From Actinomycetota bacterium (GTDB lineage: Bacteria > Actinomycetota > Actinomycetes > S36-B12): a stretch of DNA of 53,995 nt. The stretch's first letter is position 1. Every line of letters begins with the position of its first letter. A program made the translations under genes and the position numbers. Where the stretch lies: the NCBI GenBank assembly GCA_009699315.1, contig WLOK01000003.1, forward strand, positions 1 through 53,995, in the 5' to 3' direction. Below, piece by piece: positions 51,099 through 53,995 of this stretch. Below the pieces are notes generated by a model that was not told the origin of the DNA, did not search any database, and worked only from the letters and a program-made list of their open reading frames with translations.

Positions 51099-52253
51099 CT
51101 AGGACGAGAAGGCTGACCACGACAGCGCCTGCACTGAACCGAAGCTCGTGACCGAGCGGTTGTTCACCGGATCGCCGCTCCATTGGTACAGCTCATAACT
51201 TCCCGATGGCATTGGCTCTTGAAAAATGAATGTGGCTTCGTAGGTGCCGTCGTAGATGTCCCCTGAAATCAACGTTCCCAGACCAATGGGGAAGGCCTGC
51301 CCCGCATTGAGGTTGATCAGGTACAGGTACGTGAACCCAACGCCTGAAGGGTCCGATGCCTGCCACGTAACGGTCCACTCTTCCCCAACTTCGACCTCCC
51401 GGTCAGCTGAGATGAGACTGACCGTGGGAGCCTCCAAGTCGTCGCTTCCGCCAACGACAACGAAGTCACCAATCTCCTCCAGGAATAAGGCATTGCCAAG
51501 CATGTCGACTGCGTTGACAAACACACTGAAGGTGTCATTGATGACCGACTCAGACACAGTGCAAATTGCGGAGTACACACCGTCAAATCGATCTCCGGAG
51601 TCAAGCACGCCCTCTTCGCCTACGCACCATGAAGACCACCCCTGGCGGCCGCCCACCCACATCCACGTACTCGAGACACCGGCCGGGTCGCTCACGCGCC
51701 AGCTGACCCTAAAATCCACCCCGGGCTGAACATTCACCGGCACACTCACGAGCGTTGCTTCGGGGCCCGAGGTGTCAGAAACGCAGCCTGATGTCACCGA
51801 ATCAGCAGGATCCATGACGCAACCATTTGTGCCTGCACCGCCGCGCATGGTGTCGGTGCCGTGTCCGCCATCAAGCTGGTCTGCGCCTCTGCCGCCATCA
51901 AGAACGTCGCTACCGTTGCCGCCCTTGATGACGTCATCTCCCCTCCCACCAAGGATTCGGTCGCGTCCGCTGCCGCCGACAATTTCGTCGTCGCCTCCCC
52001 CACCGAGAATTACGTCATTGCCACCGCGACCGCAGATCACATCGTCACCCGTCGTGCCGACCAAGCGATCAGCACCTGGTGTGCCGGTGATGGTGCAGTC
52101 AACCGGTGGAAGCACAGGTGTCTCGGGGACCTCCGCTGCCGCAATTGGCGCTTCGGGTCGCTCATCCGAAGTCGCTGCTAGTGCCGGCGTTGCCAAAAAG
52201 GACAGCGCCACGACGGACGCGAGAACGGCAACCCGGGCCCCCGAGATTCTCAT
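51099..52253 (-). CDS. Secreted protein with hemolysin-type Ca-binding (GGxGxD) repeats and two tandem Ig-like domains
   Basis: Signal peptide ending ALA, a run of GGxGxDxL/I nonapeptides, then two similar units (DTSGP...SDPAGV...SGDRFDGVY...DMLGN and DLEAP...SDPSGV...SGDIYDGTY...DPVNN). Confidence 0.8.
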   Translation of the reverse strand: MRISGARVAVLASVVALSFLATPALAATSDERPEAPIAAAEVPETPVLPPVDCTITGTPGADRLVGTTGDDVICGRGGNDVILGGGGDDEIVGGSGRDRILGGRGDDVIKGGNGSDVLDGGRGADQLDGGHGTDTMRGGAGTNGCVMDPADSVTSGCVSDTSGPEATLVSVPVNVQPGVDFRVSWRVSDPAGVSSTWMWVGGRQGWSSWCVGEEGVLDSGDRFDGVYSAICTVSESVINDTFSVFVNAVDMLGNALFLEEIGDFVVVGGSDDLEAPTVSLISADREVEVGEEWTVTWQASDPSGVGFTYLYLINLNAGQAFPIGLGTLISGDIYDGTYEATFIFQEPMPSGSYELYQWSGDPVNNRSVTSFGSVQALSWSAFSS

Positions 52254-52436
52254 GCCTCGAGGATATGCGGGGATCTGATATCCGCAAACTCAAATCCCCG
52301 TCTTTACCTGAATTTCATTTCCAAGATTTCAGGCATCGAGAGGGCTGGCGGATCGCGAGTGCCTCAGGTTCTGGGTCGAGGCACGCAGCCGAAGAGATCA
52401 CCCAAGAAATTTTTCAAAAAATCTGTGGATTTGGAC

Positions 52437-52465
52437 TTGACTTAGTACGTGTGTCTGATTAAAGT
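52437..52465 (+). promoter_or_regulatory. SigA-type promoter of the DUF222-HNH gene with a degenerate SOS-like box in the spacer
   Basis: TTGACT-N17-TAAAGT. The spacer contains TAGTAC-GTGT-GTCTGA, four mismatches to TCGAAC-N4-GTTCGA. Confidence 0.6.
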
Positions 52466-52556
52466 ATGGACATCATTTAGACCTTGCCTCAGGCAAGGAT
52501 CCTTCGCTTGGGAGCCCGGTGGGCTCAACCTCTCATTCGTCTACTGAGGGACTCCC

Positions 52557-53912
52557 ATGACCAGCACCGCAACTCCTGCGCTCGCACTGCGCGACGCGCA
52601 TGCCGACGCCGTTCGGGCGATCGGTGATTTGAGCGGGGCTGCCGGTGGCGAATCGCTAGCGATGGCGACCGACGAGGCCGTCGCGGAGTGCCTCGTGGAT
52701 CTGTTCGAGATGCGACGCCGAATCGAGGCGACGATCGCCGATGTGTCCGCACGATTCTCAGGTGGCACGACATGGTCCGCTGAAGGGTTCCGAACTGCCC
52801 GCGATTGGCTGCGTGCCCGTACGACTGACGGGCTGGGACCAGCCTCGCGGGCATTGGAAGGTGCTCACTGGGTGCGCGACTTCCCGGTGATCACCGATGC
52901 TTGGCGATCGGGTGCTGTGAGCCGTGCTCATGTGGAGGTGCTGGCAGACGCCCACGAGATGTTCCCTCGACTCAGCGAGGCGCTTGTTGGCATCGAGCCC
53001 GAACTCACCGCACACGCCTGTGGGGTCGATCCGGCGTCCTTCCGTCGCATTCTCTTTGCCCAGCTGCACCTCATCGATCCAGACGCCATTGACGAAGCTG
53101 ACGCCAAGAAGCGTCGCAACCACCTCGGCCTGCACGTGTCTCGCCTGACTGACGGCTTTGTACGGGTTGACGGACTGCTCGCGCCAGAGGTCGGTCAGCA
53201 CTTGCTCACGATGCTCGCTGCTGCACGCGACGCACTTCGAGCAAAGGACGCCTCCCCCACCGATGACCCGTTCAGTCCCGACTACGTCCCGAGACCCATC
53301 GCGGACGATCCGCAAATCCCACGGGAGAGCAAGTCGCGACTCTCGGCCCGCAATGCCGAAGCCCTGAGTCTCATCCTCGATGCGGCAGCCAGCGCCCTTG
53401 GGGACAATCGCCTTCCTGACACTGGTGGCGAGCGACCAGTCGTGCACATCACTGTCGATTCCGACAGTCTTATTGAGCACGGCTCACACGCGCCCGGGTG
53501 GATCACCGGACTCACGGGCACCCACGTCACCGCGATCACCGCACGTGGCGCACAGCGCCTCTCCTGCGATGCCGTGGCCGAATTGCTCGTAGTCGACAAG
53601 CGCGGACATCTTGATGCGATCAGCACACGCTGGCGCACCGCTCCCCCAGGCATGCGCCGCTACGTGCTGATGCGAGAGCACGGAAGGTGCAGATTCCCCG
53701 GGTGTCACACGCAGATCCGCGAAGTCCACCACATCATTCACTGGGCTAACGGTGGTCCCACTGAAACATCGAATCTTGTCGGATTGTGCTCACATCATCA
53801 TCATCTGGTTCACGAAGGTGGGTGGACTCTGTCCGGACACCCCGACCACACCTTGATCTTCACGGACCGGCTAAAACGTACGTGGCGATCCGATCCACCA
53901 TTACGCGAGTAA
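52557..53912 (+). CDS. DUF222 (13E12-like) domain HNH endonuclease
   Basis: Helical N-terminus, VRVDGLLAPEVG, RNAEAL, RPVVHITV, RLSCDA, C-terminal CRFPGC...HHIIHWANGGPT..SNLVGLCSHHH. Confidence 0.88.
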   Translation: MTSTATPALALRDAHADAVRAIGDLSGAAGGESLAMATDEAVAECLVDLFEMRRRIEATIADVSARFSGGTTWSAEGFRTARDWLRARTTDGLGPASRALEGAHWVRDFPVITDAWRSGAVSRAHVEVLADAHEMFPRLSEALVGIEPELTAHACGVDPASFRRILFAQLHLIDPDAIDEADAKKRRNHLGLHVSRLTDGFVRVDGLLAPEVGQHLLTMLAAARDALRAKDASPTDDPFSPDYVPRPIADDPQIPRESKSRLSARNAEALSLILDAAASALGDNRLPDTGGERPVVHITVDSDSLIEHGSHAPGWITGLTGTHVTAITARGAQRLSCDAVAELLVVDKRGHLDAISTRWRTAPPGMRRYVLMREHGRCRFPGCHTQIREVHHIIHWANGGPTETSNLVGLCSHHHHLVHEGGWTLSGHPDHTLIFTDRLKRTWRSDPPLRE

Positions 53913-53921
53913 CCTGACCAG

Positions 53922-53995
53922 GTGGCAATTGCAATCTTTGATATTGATGGAGTTCTCGCCGACGTGCGCCACCGAGTGCATTGGGTGGAGCGGCG
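53922..53995 (+). CDS. HAD-superfamily phosphatase, 3'-truncated by the window edge
   Basis: MAIAIFDIDGVLADVRHRVHWVER contains the DxDG motif. TAACCT-N6-GTG start. Not in the ORF track. Confidence 0.75.
   Translation, partial: MAIAIFDIDGVLADVRHRVHWVER

Noticed and set aside
51772-52278. 168-aa Pro/Ser-rich plus-strand ORF with periodic PP motifs
   Set aside because: It is the antisense reading of the GGxGxD repeats of the minus-strand gene.

Overview
A GC-rich (roughly 60% by eye) Actinomycetota chromosomal segment made mostly of conserved housekeeping blocks. These are: (1) glk-esterase-plsC-glpK-pfkA-class II DAHP synthase; (2) ogt, an ABC-F ATPase and an icmF-marR pair; (3) the tRNA Gly/Cys/Val cluster, interrupted by an AT3-SGNH acyltransferase, followed by pabB-like and pabC-like genes, tRNA-Val(CAC), thrS and a HIT gene; (4) the uppP-corA-mshC region running into the full Pup-proteasome locus (trmI, arc, dop, pup, prcBA, pafA, two FKBPs, pafBC, tatAC, helY) and then lnt-ppm1-fxsA-rbpA. 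A XerCD dif-like site at 50583-50610 follows rbpA, so the window probably lies at the replication terminus. After it comes a small accessory stretch: a lipoprotein, a Ca-binding repeat/Ig-like secreted protein and a DUF222-HNH gene. The most interesting signals are non-coding. There is an orphan LexA box abutting a -10 element that would drive a ~90-nt two-hairpin RNA (7567-7684). Two PafBC-type promoters are present, one unexpectedly on an aldo/keto reductase. The DUF222-HNH gene has an SOS-like promoter and a structured leader, and leaderless promoters are pervasive. All calls come from reading motifs by eye; no database searches were run.
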